A stretch of 50,976 bases of DNA from Chiloscyllium plagiosum (lineage: Eukaryota): positions 1 to 50,976 of the forward strand of contig NW_025215280.1 in assembly GCF_004010195.1 (NCBI RefSeq), given 5' to 3'. Positions 12,140 through 23,605 of this stretch are shown piece by piece (within the stretch, counting starts at the first letter, position 1; the number at the start of each line of letters is the position of its first letter). The notes under the pieces are model-generated. The model was not told where the DNA came from. It saw only the letters and a list, made by a program, of their open reading frames with translations, and made no database searches. The translations under genes were made by a program, and so were the position numbers.

Positions 12140-12830
12140 CAATCGGAGAGTCATACAGCATGAAGGCATACAGGCCCGTCAGTGCAACCAATCCATGCTG
12201 AACATACTTCCAAACTAATCTACTCCCATATGCCTCCTCCTGTACCCGTTGAGTGGTTATAATGTCCTTGTGGTTTTAGTACTGTGTTGTTAATCCAAAA
12301 AAACAGGTAATATTTTCGGGACAAAGAGTTCAGGTCCTGGCATGACAGATGGTGGAGTTTGAATTCAATAAACACCTGGAATTGAAAAATCTCGTGATTA
12401 CCTGAATCAGTTGTGTGGAAAATCCCATCTGATTCACTCATGCCAGTTCGGGAAGCAAACTGTCATATTCTTCTGCTCTGTCCCACAGGAGACTCCAGAT
12501 GGATAATACCGCGGTTAACTCTTAAATGTCCTCTGGGAAATAACTGATTTACTAGGCACGAATAAATTTATTTTAAAAATCCCAATTTCCCATTCATATT
12601 TGGAATCAATTGTCCATTAAATGTTGCAAACATACCCTCATCCATCACTTCCTCAGCAAGTTAATTGCACACGTAAAACACATTCAATAAAAAAAGCCTC
12701 ACATGACTTTTTAATAAAAACCCTGTCTTTTCATCTTAAACATATGCCCTCTCACCTTGAAAACCCCATCCTCGGAAAAGGCAGCTATCGTTAACTCTAA
12801 CTTGCCTCTCAATAATTCATAAACTTCATA
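12140..12830 (-). mobile_element. CR1 3' end, split by a DeuSINE
   Basis: gagtcatacagcatgaaggcatacaggccc 3' UTR. The element resumes at ~12590 (aaatgttgcaaacataccctcatccatcacttcctc). Confidence 0.6.
12250..12570 (+). mobile_element. DeuSINE (SacSINE1-like)
   Basis: cagatggtggagtttgaattcaataaa...aatcccatctgattcactcatg...gactccaga...ctcttaaatgtcctctggg. Confidence 0.65.
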
Positions 12831-12832
12831 TC

Positions 12833-13477
12833 GCAGGTTGTTGTGGTTCTGTTCGCCGAGCTGGAAATATTTGTTGCAAACGTTTCGTCCCCTGTCTAGG
12901 TGACATCCTCTGTGCTTAGGAGCCTCCTGTGAAACGCTTCTGTGGTGTTGCCTCCGGCATTTATAGTGGTCTGTCCCTGCCGCTTTCGGTTGTCAGTTTC
13001 AACTGTCCGCTGTAGTGGCCTGTATATTGGGTCCAGGTCGATGTGTTTGTTGATGGAGTTTGTGGATGAGTGCCATACTTCTAGGAATTCCCTGGCTGTT
13101 CTCTGTTTGGCTTGCCCTATAATGGTAGTGTTGTCCCAGTCGAATTCATGTTGCTTGTCGTCTAAGTGTGTGTAGCTAGTAAGGATAGCTGGTCGTGTCG
13201 TTTCGTGGCTCGTTGATGTTCATGGATGCGGATCGTTAGCTGTCTTCCTGTTTGTCCTATATAGTTTTTTGTGCAGTCCTTACATGGGATTTTGTACATT
13301 ACATTTGTTTTGCTCATGCTGGGTATCGGGTCCTTCGTTCTGGTGAGTTGTTGTCTGAGTGTGGCTGTTGGTTTGTGTGCTGTTATAAGTCCTAGTGGTC
13401 GCAGTAGTCTGGCTGTCAGTTCTGAAATGCTCCTGATGTATGGACAGCCAGACTACTGCGACCACTAGGACTTATAA
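12833..13477 (-). mobile_element. Penelope-like element: GIY-YIG endonuclease remnant and 3' terminal repeat, inverted at the gap
   Basis: Minus strand translates to NVMYKIPCKDCTKNYIGQTGRQLTIRIHEHQ...REFLEVWHS..SINKHIDLDPIY (disrupted). Hammerhead-like motif at 12876-12915. Confidence 0.9.
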
Positions 13478-14027
13478 NNNNNNNNNNNNNNNNNNNNNNN
13501 NNNNNNNNNNNNNNNNNNNNNNNNNNNNNNNNNNNNNNNNNNNNNNNNNNNNNNNNNNNNNNNNNNNNNNNNNNNNNNNNNNNNNNNNNNNNNNNNNNNN
13601 NNNNNNNNNNNNNNNNNNNNNNNNNNNNNNNNNNNNNNNNNNNNNNNNNNNNNNNNNNNNNNNNNNNNNNNNNNNNNNNNNNNNNNNNNNNNNNNNNNNN
13701 NNNNNNNNNNNNNNNNNNNNNNNNNNNNNNNNNNNNNNNNNNNNNNNNNNNNNNNNNNNNNNNNNNNNNNNNNNNNNNNNNNNNNNNNNNNNNNNNNNNN
13801 NNNNNNNNNNNNNNNNNNNNNNNNNNNNNNNNNNNNNNNNNNNNNNNNNNNNNNNNNNNNNNNNNNNNNNNNNNNNNNNNNNNNNNNNNNNNNNNNNNNN
13901 NNNNNNNNNNNNNNNNNNNNNNNNNNNNNNNNNNNNNNNNNNNNNNNNNNNNNNNNNNNNNNNNNNNNNNNNNNNNNNNNNNNNNNNNNNNNNNNNNNNN
14001 NNNNNNNNNNNNNNNNNNNNNNNNNNN
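13478..14027. other. Assembly gap
   Basis: Run of N. Confidence 1.
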
Positions 14028-14535
14028 TAGCTTCTGTGTTCTCCAACACTACGCAAAGCCCTACTCTTGTTGTTGTACCAAAATGTAATACCTTCCACTT
14101 ATCCAGATTAAACTCCATGTTACATTTTTCAGTTCAACGACTCATTGGATTAAGTTCCTTTTGAAACTTCGATAATCTTCCTCACTGTCTCCAATTCTGG
14201 CGTCGCCTGCAAACCTACGAATCATACCTGCAGTGAGTTCCACTGTTTTTCTCATATAGATCAATGATTCATATTTACTTGTAGTGGCCGTGATTTAGCA
14301 GTGTGCAAATCATACAACAGTAATTAACAATGAAGAAGAAAGCCGCAGACTGCAGGGAGATATTAAACAATTGGAAATGAAAATGGTGAATTCAATTCTT
14401 TCCAGACAAGTTGGTGATAGTGAAGTAAAATCAAACTTCAAACCAGCCGCCCTCGCTCCAGTTGTGGCACTCAGCTGTCACAGCATGCTGCACTGTAGAT
14501 TGCGATAAACGGGAAAAAAATTCCCTTCTGCCCCG

Positions 14536-14627
14536 CCTTTGACCGGGAGCTCTCCCAACCTCGGAATTGCTTGCGTCTCGAAACCGTCATAGAAATGCCG
14601 TGCATTCACCGGTTGTGTCACTGGAGC
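14536..14627 (-). pseudogene. Intron-type tRNA-Ile(TAT) pseudogene (anticodon now reads TCT)
   Basis: Minus strand GCTCCAGTGACACAACCGGTGAATGCACGGCATTTCTA-TGACGG...AGC-AATTCCGAGGTTGGGAG matches the Ile-TAT exon/intron layout. B box lost. Confidence 0.75.
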
Positions 14628-15062
14628 CTGAGAGTATCTGTGCGACCTCATTCCTATTCTGACTTCCAGTTGGATCTTCGCGACTGCGCCACGCAATTCC
14701 TCTGTTTCTGGGGTTGGGAATTGGGACTATGTGGCAGCAGTGGTTACTGCGTTGTGTGGGGAAACTGGTGAAGTAGCCGATGTTAAACTGTATTACTATT
14801 GAACCAGAGATTTTAACAACACCTGCACTGTCCCCGGAGTTTTTGATGCTTTCGAGGAATCTATTTATCTCAGCCTACAGCATAGAAATAATAGAATCAC
14901 CACAGCCACTGGGGGAACCGATATTAAACGCTCAGCCCATTCTGAGTTCCCACATTTCTGCCACTGTTCGCTCATCACTGATATTGTGCATTTGGTGCGC
15001 TGCCTAACATTTCCTATGAAACTGTACTTATTGCAAGCGACACGCGTGCACGTCTGTGGGAC

Positions 15063-15134
15063 GCCGTGATCGTATAGTGGTTGGTACTCTGCGTTGTGGC
15101 CGCAGCCACCTCGGTTCGAATCCGAGTCACGGCA
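15063..15134 (+). tRNA. tRNA-His(GTG)
   Basis: 72-nt cloverleaf with two changes from the vertebrate consensus (A21>G, variable loop CAAC>CCAC). T5 tract at 15157-15161. Confidence 0.92.
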
Positions 15135-15880
15135 GTAATCGCTCTACCTGTCTCAGTTTTTGTGAAACACAAAGGAATCAGTTGTTTGAACATGGTAATT
15201 TTCTCCAAGGTGATGATCTTTTCCCTTCAAATTCTGCTTGCTCACATCCCTGTGTTTCATATGTCAGAATTCAAATCCACCCGTTCTCAGAAATTTCTCT
15301 CCATCCTTCGATCACTAACTGAACGTTCCGTCCCACACCCTCATTTCATTAATTTAGCGATGCCGGTGTTGGACTATGGTGTACAAAGTTAAAAATCACA
15401 CAACACTGCCTTGTATGTTAAGTATGTTAAGTATGGAAGTATGTTAAATGCCTTTGTACCATCTTGTCTGTAGGTGATGCAAACTACAAGGAATTATGCA
15501 CCTGCACCCCGAGCTTCTGTGTTCTCCAACACTACGCAAAGCCCTACTCTTGTTGTTGTACCAAAATGCAATACCTTCCATTTATCCAGATTGAACTCCA
15601 TGTTACATTTTTCAGTCCAACGACTCATTGGATGAAGATCCTTTTGAAACTTAGATAATCTTCCCCACTATCTACAATTCTGGCGTCGCCTGCAAACCGA
15701 CAAAGCATGCCTGCAGTGAGTTCCACTGTTTTCTCATATAGATCAATGATTCATATTTACTTGTAGTGGCCGTGATCCAGCAGTGTGTAGATCATACAAC
15801 AGTTAGTCATGCAATTAACCATGAGGAAGAAAGCCGCAGACTGCAGGGAGATATTAAACAATTGGAAATGAAAATGGTGA

Positions 15881-15934
15881 CGCCTCTAAACTGTCATAGA
15901 AATGCTGTGCATTCACCAGTTCTGTCACTGGAGT
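15881..15934 (-). pseudogene. 5' half of a tRNA-Ile(TAT) pseudogene, truncated by deletion
   Basis: Paralog of 14575-14627. Confidence 0.6.
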
Positions 15935-16369
15935 CGTCGAGTATCTGTGCGACCTCATTCCCATCCCGACTTCCAGGTGGATCTTCGCGACTGCGCAACT
16001 CAGTTCCTCTGATGCTGGGGCGGGGAATTGGGACTATGTGGCAGCAGTGGTTGCTGCCTTGTGTGGGGAAACTGGTGAAGTAGCCGATGTTAATCTGCAT
16101 TACTATTGAAGCAAACATTTCAGCCACACCTGCACTGTCCCCGGAGTTTTTGATGTTTTGGAGAAATCTATTTATCTCAGCCTTCAGCATATTAATGATG
16201 GAAACACCACAACCTCTGGGGGAACCGATATTAAAAGGTCAGCCCATTCTGTGTTCCCACAGATCTGCCACTGTTCACGAAGCACTGATATTGTGCATTT
16301 GCTACGCCACCTAACATTTCCTATAATACTGTACTTATTGCACGCAGTCAGTGTGCGCGTCTGTGGGAC

Positions 16370-16441
16370 GCCGTGGTCGTATAGTGGTTAGTACTCTGCG
16401 TTGTGGCCGCAGCAACTTCGGTTCGAATCCGAGTCACGGCA
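16370..16441 (+). tRNA. tRNA-His(GTG)
   Basis: 72-nt cloverleaf. Its two changes both give G:U pairs (G7:U66, U49:G65). A and B boxes intact, T5 tract at ~16464-16468. Confidence 0.94.
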
Positions 16442-16661
16442 GTAATCGCTCTATTTGCCCCAGTTTTTGTGAAACACAAAGAAATCAGTTGTTTAACATG
16501 GTAATTTTCTCCAAGGTAATAATCTTTTCCCTTCATATTCTGCTTGCTCACATCTCTGTGTTTTATATGTCAGAATTCAAATCCACCCGTTCTCAGAGAC
16601 TTCTCTCCATTCTTCGATCGCTAACCGAACTTTCCATCCCACATCCCCATTTCATTAATTT

Positions 16662-16786
16662 AGAGATGCCGGTGTTGCACTATGGTGTATAAAGTTAAAA
16701 ATCACACAACACCAGTTTACAGTCGAACAGGTTTAACTGAGCACTAGGTTTCGGAGCGCTGCTCTTTCATCACGTGGTTGTGGAGT
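16662..16786 (-). mobile_element. Penelope-like terminal repeat fragment (truncated twin at ~15357-15408)
   Basis: gatgccggtgttgcactatggtgtataaagttaaaaatcacacaacacc...tttcggagcgctgctctttcatcac, the same family as 6697-6857. Confidence 0.6.
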
Positions 16787-17079
16787 CATTTCCTATTTCA
16801 TTAAGGCACTGCAGAATCTAACACTGACTCAGACATTGATACTGTTCACTCTGTGCTGCTGTGGTCAATGTGGCTGGGTGAACGTGCCCCAACCCCACCA
16901 TCGGGACCTGCAGACCTGTTGATCCATTTGATTACCGCTGTTGTGAGACCAATCCTCATGTAGCAGCTTTTACTGATATGGACTTGCGATTATTGGGGGT
17001 CAAGCTCAGGAAAATGACACATTACGATATCGAGGAAAAGCGAAGTCATTGAGAAAGATTTGTTACACGGGTTTTCTGC

Positions 17080-17311
17080 AATGGCTGAGCTATATTACCA
17101 CTGGACTGTTAACTCAGACACCATGCAAATGGAGTAGGGAAACGGGTTTGACTCCACGACAGGTGTTTGAATTGAGATTCAATAAATATCTGGAATTACG
17201 AATCGAATAACACCTATAAATCCATGGTCAATTGTTGAAAAAACAAAACCATCGGGTTTACTGACGTCCTTTGAGGAAGAAAAATGCTATTCTTACCTGT
17301 TCGGGCCTCCA
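17080..17311 (+). mobile_element. DeuSINE (paralogous to 9705-10030)
   Basis: cactggactgttaactcaga...attcaataaatatctggaatt...ccatcgggtttactgacgtcctttgaggaag. Runs into the gap. Confidence 0.65.
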
Positions 17312-17492
17312 NNNNNNNNNNNNNNNNNNNNNNNNNNNNNNNNNNNNNNNNNNNNNNNNNNNNNNNNNNNNNNNNNNNNNNNNNNNNNNNNNNNNNNNNN
17401 NNNNNNNNNNNNNNNNNNNNNNNNNNNNNNNNNNNNNNNNNNNNNNNNNNNNNNNNNNNNNNNNNNNNNNNNNNNNNNNNNNNNNNNNNNNN
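17312..17492. other. Assembly gap
   Basis: Run of N. Confidence 1.
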
Positions 17493-19660
17493 AAAAAAAA
17501 ATGAGATGTTAATTTGCGATGCCAAAACATATAAGACTATGGGATAAACAATGGAAAACTTGATTCAGGTCGTTAAGCAGTTGCGTTGGACAAGTGCAGC
17601 AAAAACAGGCTGAAGGGCCTCCTTCGATGTTGTCCTCCATAGTATCGTGGTTAGTGCCCCTAATGCTTGGCCTTCCATTCTCGATTGGATATGTCACAGG
17701 AAAGACAGTGCTGTCTAAATCAACTGGGGAAGGACTGCAGCTCCTGGGGGGAGAGAGAGTGTCAGTGAAAGTGCAAACACGTAACTTCAGCAAACTGCAC
17801 ATTGTGTTTGTGTTGCAATGAACACCACTATATAGAATTGTTCCTGACTAATGTGTTTATTTACAGCGGGACTCTGAGGCAGAAAACAGAGTAAACCCAT
17901 TCAGATCTGAGTGCAGAAACGTTTCCAGCAGAACGAATGAGTTGTACAGCGCAGAACTGCGTTTGAGGGCATTGAAGTCCGGTTGATGGGTGCAGCTTGC
18001 TTTCACTCGGCTGAGTAACCAGTGTGTAAATGATACAGATAGTGTTCAATGTGATTGTACATTTGCTCAGTGGTTCGAACTGCTGTTAATTCTGTAGCTT
18101 AGGTAGATTGGCCATGTTAAATTGTGCTGATGTTTCCAGAGAGTGAATTCAGCAAGTTAAGTGAGTGAGCCATGGGTAACACAGCGATAAGGTCATTAGT
18201 CACAGATGTCAGGTTTTATTCCAGCAGGTTTATTTGAAATCACAAGCCAGGGGCCTTCCGGGATAGAGACGGGAGCTAGATCTGGTTGAGATGTTGTTCA
18301 GAGTGTCCCTACAGACTCGATTGGCTGAACTGTACTTTCTGCCTTGTAGGGAATCTGTGATTCTATCAGAGAGGACACTGCCAGCATTTACTGGGGTGCT
18401 AAGACATTAGAGACGATGCTGACGGCATTTATTGGGGATGGAATTTTATTTATTTGTGTTGAAAAATTTGACACTGAACCAAGGAAAACCGAATGGAAGT
18501 TTTCCTGAGTATTTTAGGTTTGGAGAGAGTAAATAGGTGGTAAATTCACTCTTTAAAGTTCGTATATTTCTGAACGACCGGCTTTCAAAACCATCGATGT
18601 AGAACAAAGAAATGATGGGAGCAGAATTTCTGTCACTCAGAGAATCCGTTTCCAAAATATTTGGAAAGGCACATTTAGAGACGCACAAGTAGTGAGTTTC
18701 ACCAGGAGAGGATCACCCTGTGGCCAGGTAAAAGTGTAAAAGTGGGGTCTGGGGGGTAAAGGTGCGAGGAAACAATGTCTAATTTGGACGACTTCAGATG
18801 CAAAGAAATATCGGAAACGTATGCAACTGAGTAAGATTCAGCAAAAAAAACCCTCAGAGTTTTGAAAGATTTCTATTAATATTCCACATGAAGCATTATA
18901 AATGGAACTGACCAGATTGTGTATATTGTCAAGGAAAGATATTCCCTAATGTACAGGAAGTGACCCGTCTCTTGGAGATCGATTTCTTGCTTTCATCCCA
19001 TGGCTTAAAGGTGGGAGGACAGTCGCCATGATGTTGGGTTCACTTGACAACCACTGAAATCTGCTAAAGTAACTGAACATCAAAACTGGCATCTTGCTTT
19101 GTAGTTTAACCTCTGTTTCTCTCATCAGTATTTTCTTTAAGCTGAAATAAATTAGGAGCAAAATTGAATGCAACACTTAACGTTCCAATCACATAAATTA
19201 AATTCACTTCCGATCATTGCAACGAACAGAGTGAAGTTGCAGCAAAATTAATAAAATTAAACAAACAAAACTGCATTTCCGGGAATTTTACCCAGTTCAG
19301 ATTCAGCCATGTGAGAAAGACCATCGAGCTAAAACATCACCTTCACTTCTCTCTCCATATATAAGTCTTCACGTGAGAGAGAAACTGTCTGAAGAAATTA
19401 TGCGTCAAGACTAAATGTGCGTGTGAATGTGACGGGAATTTCATGTTAGCTGGTTCATTCTGAGACAGTTTCGACTCTGAATGAATCAATGACAGGTATT
19501 CCTTCCAAGGACAAGGTCAACTCCTTCGATTTTGCTGGTAATATTATTCCACTGAAAGCAGAAAAATAAAGGTTCGATTCGATTCAGTTCAGGGAATGTC
19601 TTATCCCCTAGGTGAACCACATGTAATCTTGATGTGGTCACATGTGAGACCCTTTGCCAT

Positions 19661-19730
19661 GGGTTGTCGCGGCCCGGACGTTAAGGCTCTGTCACTGTGC
19701 ACGTGTGGATTTGAATCCTACTCTGACTGT
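19661..19730 (+). pseudogene. Degenerate tRNA-Ser-like relic with the anticodon arm deleted
   Basis: gcggcccggacgttaaggc (A-box/D arm-like), then tgcacgtgtggatttgaatccta (Ser-GCT T arm-like). Confidence 0.5.
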
Positions 19731-20376
19731 TGTTTCTATCAAACGCAGCTGTGGTTTCCCTTTGTGCCTCGCATCTTTAGTATACACTGGATGGAGATTC
19801 TTGCCCATGCCCTTCGTTGCACCAGAGATTAGTGATAAATCGATATCATATCAAAGTAGAAATACATCAATTTGTTTTTGTTGTAAATTAAATTGGGATA
19901 ATGAAAAGGAGTGCAACGTTACTTTCCTACTTTCATTCCATCTTGACGTTCTATGAATTTATATCGAATGAAAGCAAAACAAATACTGAGAGATCGGGTG
20001 CAATAGTTTATCCAGTGGGATTGTCAATTTTAATGCAACACTCCACACAAAAATCTGATCAGTATTTCAAACAGTCAATTGGAATTGGAACTGCAGAAAT
20101 CTTCTCCTATGAAACGAACCTTTCATTCTTTCACAAACTACTGTTGTGTGAATCATACCGCAATCTATCATCCAGCATGAACACCAAATTGCCAACAACG
20201 TTTGATCCAACCTTCTGCACATATCCGTCTGTGGTCTGACCAGTGCCATTTGTTGTCTCCAGGCCACAGCACATTCCTTGTTCATCAGTTTATGAGCCGA
20301 GTTCCTGATCTGTCTGATCAGTTTGATAAACTTTACTATCACATCATCCCATCCCCTCAGAATTCTAAACTTATCA

Positions 20377-20420
20377 NNNNNNNNNNNNNNNNNNNNNNNN
20401 NNNNNNNNNNNNNNNNNNNN
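20377..20420. other. Assembly gap
   Basis: Run of N. Confidence 1.
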
Positions 20421-20664
20421 AGCCTCAACAACAGTTTTAGTAAAGTGTTCCACCGATTCACTGGTCCCTGAGCAAAGAAATGACTCCTCATTTCTGAATT
20501 AAATAGGTAATATCTAATTCTGAGTTCATGTACTCTGGTGCTTTCCTCATACCAGAGGGTAAACCACATGCCCGTACCTACCCTGTCAAGATCCTATGAA
20601 TAATGAAGGTTTATAAATGTTTTTATATGATTATACAGTTCCCCTCCGCATCTTTTGTTCTAAC

Positions 20665-22245
20665 GGGAAGTTTAGAACTGGCGGAAGATGAGGGAGTGGG
20701 GATGAGGAAACTGATGAAGTCCACATTGATTTCATGGGGTTGAATGGTCCCGAGAAAGACGATGAGGTGTTCTTCCTCCAGGCATCGGATGGTGAGGGAG
20801 TGGTAATTAAGGTGGCTCAGAGCCTACATGTCCGTGGGAGAGGGAGTCGAAATGTTTGGCCATGCGTCAGTGGAGTTGAAGCTTGCAGTTGTCCTGAGAT
20901 GTTCTCTGAAGTGCTCTGTCATCCCCAATTTAGAGGCGACCGCATCTGGAGCAACAGATACAACAAATAACACGTGTGGGAGTGCGGGTGAACCTTTGAT
21001 GGATGTGGAAGGCTCCATTGGAGCCTTGGGTAGAGGTGAGGGGGAGATGTTCATGCAGGATTTACAATTCCTGTGGTGGCAGAGGAAGGTGCAGGGAGCG
21101 AATGGTGGGTCATTTGAGGGCGTGGACATGACTAAGTAGTCGCGGAGGGAAAGGTGTTTGTGGAAATCGGATAGGCTTGGGGAAGGAAATATATCCCTGG
21201 TGCTGGGGTCAATTTAGAGGTGGTTAAAATGTCGGCAGATGATGTGATTTATGCAGAGGTTGGTGCAATGAAAGGTGTGGACTTTGCTCTGTCCTTGTTC
21301 CGTCCATGTTGTGTTTGGAGATGTGGGGTTCATGGATGGAGTGCGGGATATGGATGACATACATTACAGAGCATCTTCAAACACATGGGAGGGGAATTTC
21401 CGATCTTAAATGAAGGAGGCCTTCTGGTGTGTTCTGTGGTGGAACTGGTCCTCTGGGAGCAGATGCAGTGGAGGCAGAGGAGGTAGGAACACAGGAAAGC
21501 ATTTGTGCAGGAGGTAGGGTGGGAGGAGATGGAATTCACATATCTGTGGTTGTCAGTGGGTTTGTTAAAAATATCAGTAACACAGACCTCCAGGGATATT
21601 TTTTTCCCTCCCACCCCTATCCACTTTCCGCAAAGACCGGTCTCTCCACGACTACCTCCTCAAGTCCCCGCCCTCCAATGATCCACCCTCCCCTCCTGGC
21701 ACCTTCTCTGCCACCACAGGAATTGAAAAACCTGTGCCCATACACACTCCACCTCTGCCCGTTGCCCGAAAGCAGCCTTTCACATCCATCAAAGTTTCAC
21801 CTGCACTTCCACACACGTCATGTATTGCATCCATTGTTCCCGATGCAGTCTCCTCTACAGTGGGGCAACCGGCCATCTTCTCACAGAGCGCTTCACAGGC
21901 CATCTCCAGGAGACTGGCAACAATCAATCCCAAAGCCCCGTGACCGAACACTTCAACTCCTCCCCGCCACTTTCCCGAGGACATGCACGTTTTCAGACTC
22001 CTCCACAGCCACTTCCTCACCACCCAACGCCTGGAGGAAGAACGTCTCATCTTCTGCCTCATGACACTTCAACCCCATGGCATCAATGTGGATTTCACCA
22101 GTTTCCTTATTCCCCCACCCCGCCACCCGCCTGCCCAAAACGTCTTTTGTTTCTGCTACATGTGTGCTGCCTGACCTGCTGTGCTTCTTCAGCACAACTC
22201 TAATCTTGACTTGATCTCCAGCATCGACAGTACGCACGTCCATCC
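20665..22245. mobile_element. Penelope-like element with fold-back structure (minus arm ~20665-21580, plus arm ~21585-22245)
   Basis: Plus arm MYCIHCSRCSLLYSGATGHLLTERFTGHL and RLEEERLIFCLMTLQPHGINVDF (GIY-YIG C-terminus). The same sequence is reversed in the left arm. Confidence 0.85.
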
Positions 22246-22554
22246 AACTGATTCCCCTGTCCATTGATCTTCAGCGATCATGAATGTCCACGCCAAGATC
22301 TCTTTGTCTGTCTGCACCACACAGAATACTCACTGCTTTATTTCTTCTCCCTAATTTCGTTACCACTCCTTGGTCTGGATTAAATTCCATTCGCCATTTT
22401 CCTTTCCACCAGATTGATACTTCCTTGCAATCTCTGACATTCGTCGTCATAGTCAACTGCACGACCAATTGTTGCATCATCAGCAAACTTCTGAATTTTG
22501 GGTCTACATCACGGATCTACATCAGAAAACAATGGAACTCCACTTGAAACACAC

Positions 22555-22870
22555 ATTCAAACAGGGTTCATTGCTGGTTGGGATGAACAGCTGCAATAAC
22601 AGCAGTTTCGATCTCCTGCTGTCATTTGTAAACTCACTGTTGACTCTGTCAATTGCTCTCCTGAGGGATCAGTTCTCACATTTGGAAGTTGTGAACGACC
22701 TGTGCGCATTGTGACTGAGCAAGTGAGTTTACACCTAAGCAGGTAATTGAATCCCTTCCTGCAGTCACCCCATGGCCCTAACTTCTTGGCGCCGTGGATA
22801 TCCTTGTGTCTATTTATTTTGATAATCAGTTGAATTCGAGTTCACACAGACACGATTCCCATTTTCCCTG
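22555..22870 (-). pseudogene. C2H2 zinc-finger gene relic
   Basis: Minus strand GDCRKGFNY..., then a cagtcacaatgcgcacaggtcgttcaca (SHTGERPFT-like) relic. The 3' flank gctgttcatcccaacca is shared with ~12103-12120. Confidence 0.55.
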
Positions 22871-22924
22871 TTGTCCATGTATTTTTATTCTTCCTTATTC
22901 TCCCACGGAATGTTGTTATCCTTG

Positions 22925-23220
22925 GTCTGAAGAGCATTTGTTGTTCATTCTTAATTCACCTTGAACTGAGTCAGAGGGCATTCATGGGTGGACTACATTT
23001 TTGTGGGTCTGGTGTCACATGTTGACAGGACTCGTTATGGTCGGCAGATTTCCCTTTCGAAGGAACATGAATAAATAAGTTTTCAGCAATACAAAGTTAT
23101 TGTCTCTGTTGCTGAGATTGGGTGTATTTTCCAGATTTTACTCATCGAATTTAAGTAACAGCTGCTGCCGCATTCCAGTCTCCAAATATTACTAGCCCAA
23201 TACATCGACGCTGCACTAAC
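22925..23220 (-). mobile_element. DeuSINE-like relic
   Basis: catttgttgttcattcttaattcaccttgaactgag...ggcagatttccctttcgaaggaacat...ttccagattttactcatcgaattta. Confidence 0.5.
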
Positions 23221-23605
23221 AACTCCCTGCTGCATTTCTCCATTCAAAGAATGACATTGTCAAATCAGGTTATTCCAAATGGATAGAGAAGAGGACGTGT
23301 TTCTGTGTTGGAATGGAAGCAATGTAAGCTGGATTAGAATGTTTACTGGAGCAAGAGAATGGTGTGGAGACGATGTGAGCAAAAGCAGTTCTTCCTGTAA
23401 AAGTAACAAAATACGCTTTGTTGAGGAAAATCTCTTAGAATGCTTTCAATACATCGACCTCTCTCTTAAGGCTGCAGCACGCTTTCTCTGAGCCAACCCT
23501 CCGTGCGGGTTAATGCTGCTGCTGAATTTTAACAACATAATAAATTGAGACTAATATGCCCTTCCACCTCGCCTTTGACCAGAAGCACTCCCAGCCTCAG
23601 CATTT

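Larger units (their letters stand above)
14028..16712 (+). repeat. Tandem duplication of the CR1-fragment/Ile/His module (14028-~15410 and ~15511-16712)
   Basis: agcttctgtgttctccaacactacgcaaagccc occurs at 14029 and 15512. The His genes are 1307 bp apart. Copy 2 lacks ~185 bp (14389-14575). Confidence 0.92.

Noticed and set aside
13440..14118. Long ORFs in the track (also 17214-17547, 20067-20569 and 42381-43268)
   Set aside because: They are open only because they run through N gaps.
14705..14735. Possible ZNF143/Staf site (tgggaattgggact) upstream of tRNA-His
   Set aside because: Only a partial match to ACTACAATTCCCA, too weak to call.
15014..16692. Repeated ORFs such as AITAVTRIRTEVAAATTQSTNHY
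   Set aside because: These are translations of the tRNA-His genes and their duplicated flanks, not proteins.
21429..22064. 211-aa ORF (and the 204-aa ORF at 47569-48183) as host genes
   Set aside because: They lie inside decayed Penelope elements, and only fragments are in the GIY-YIG frame.
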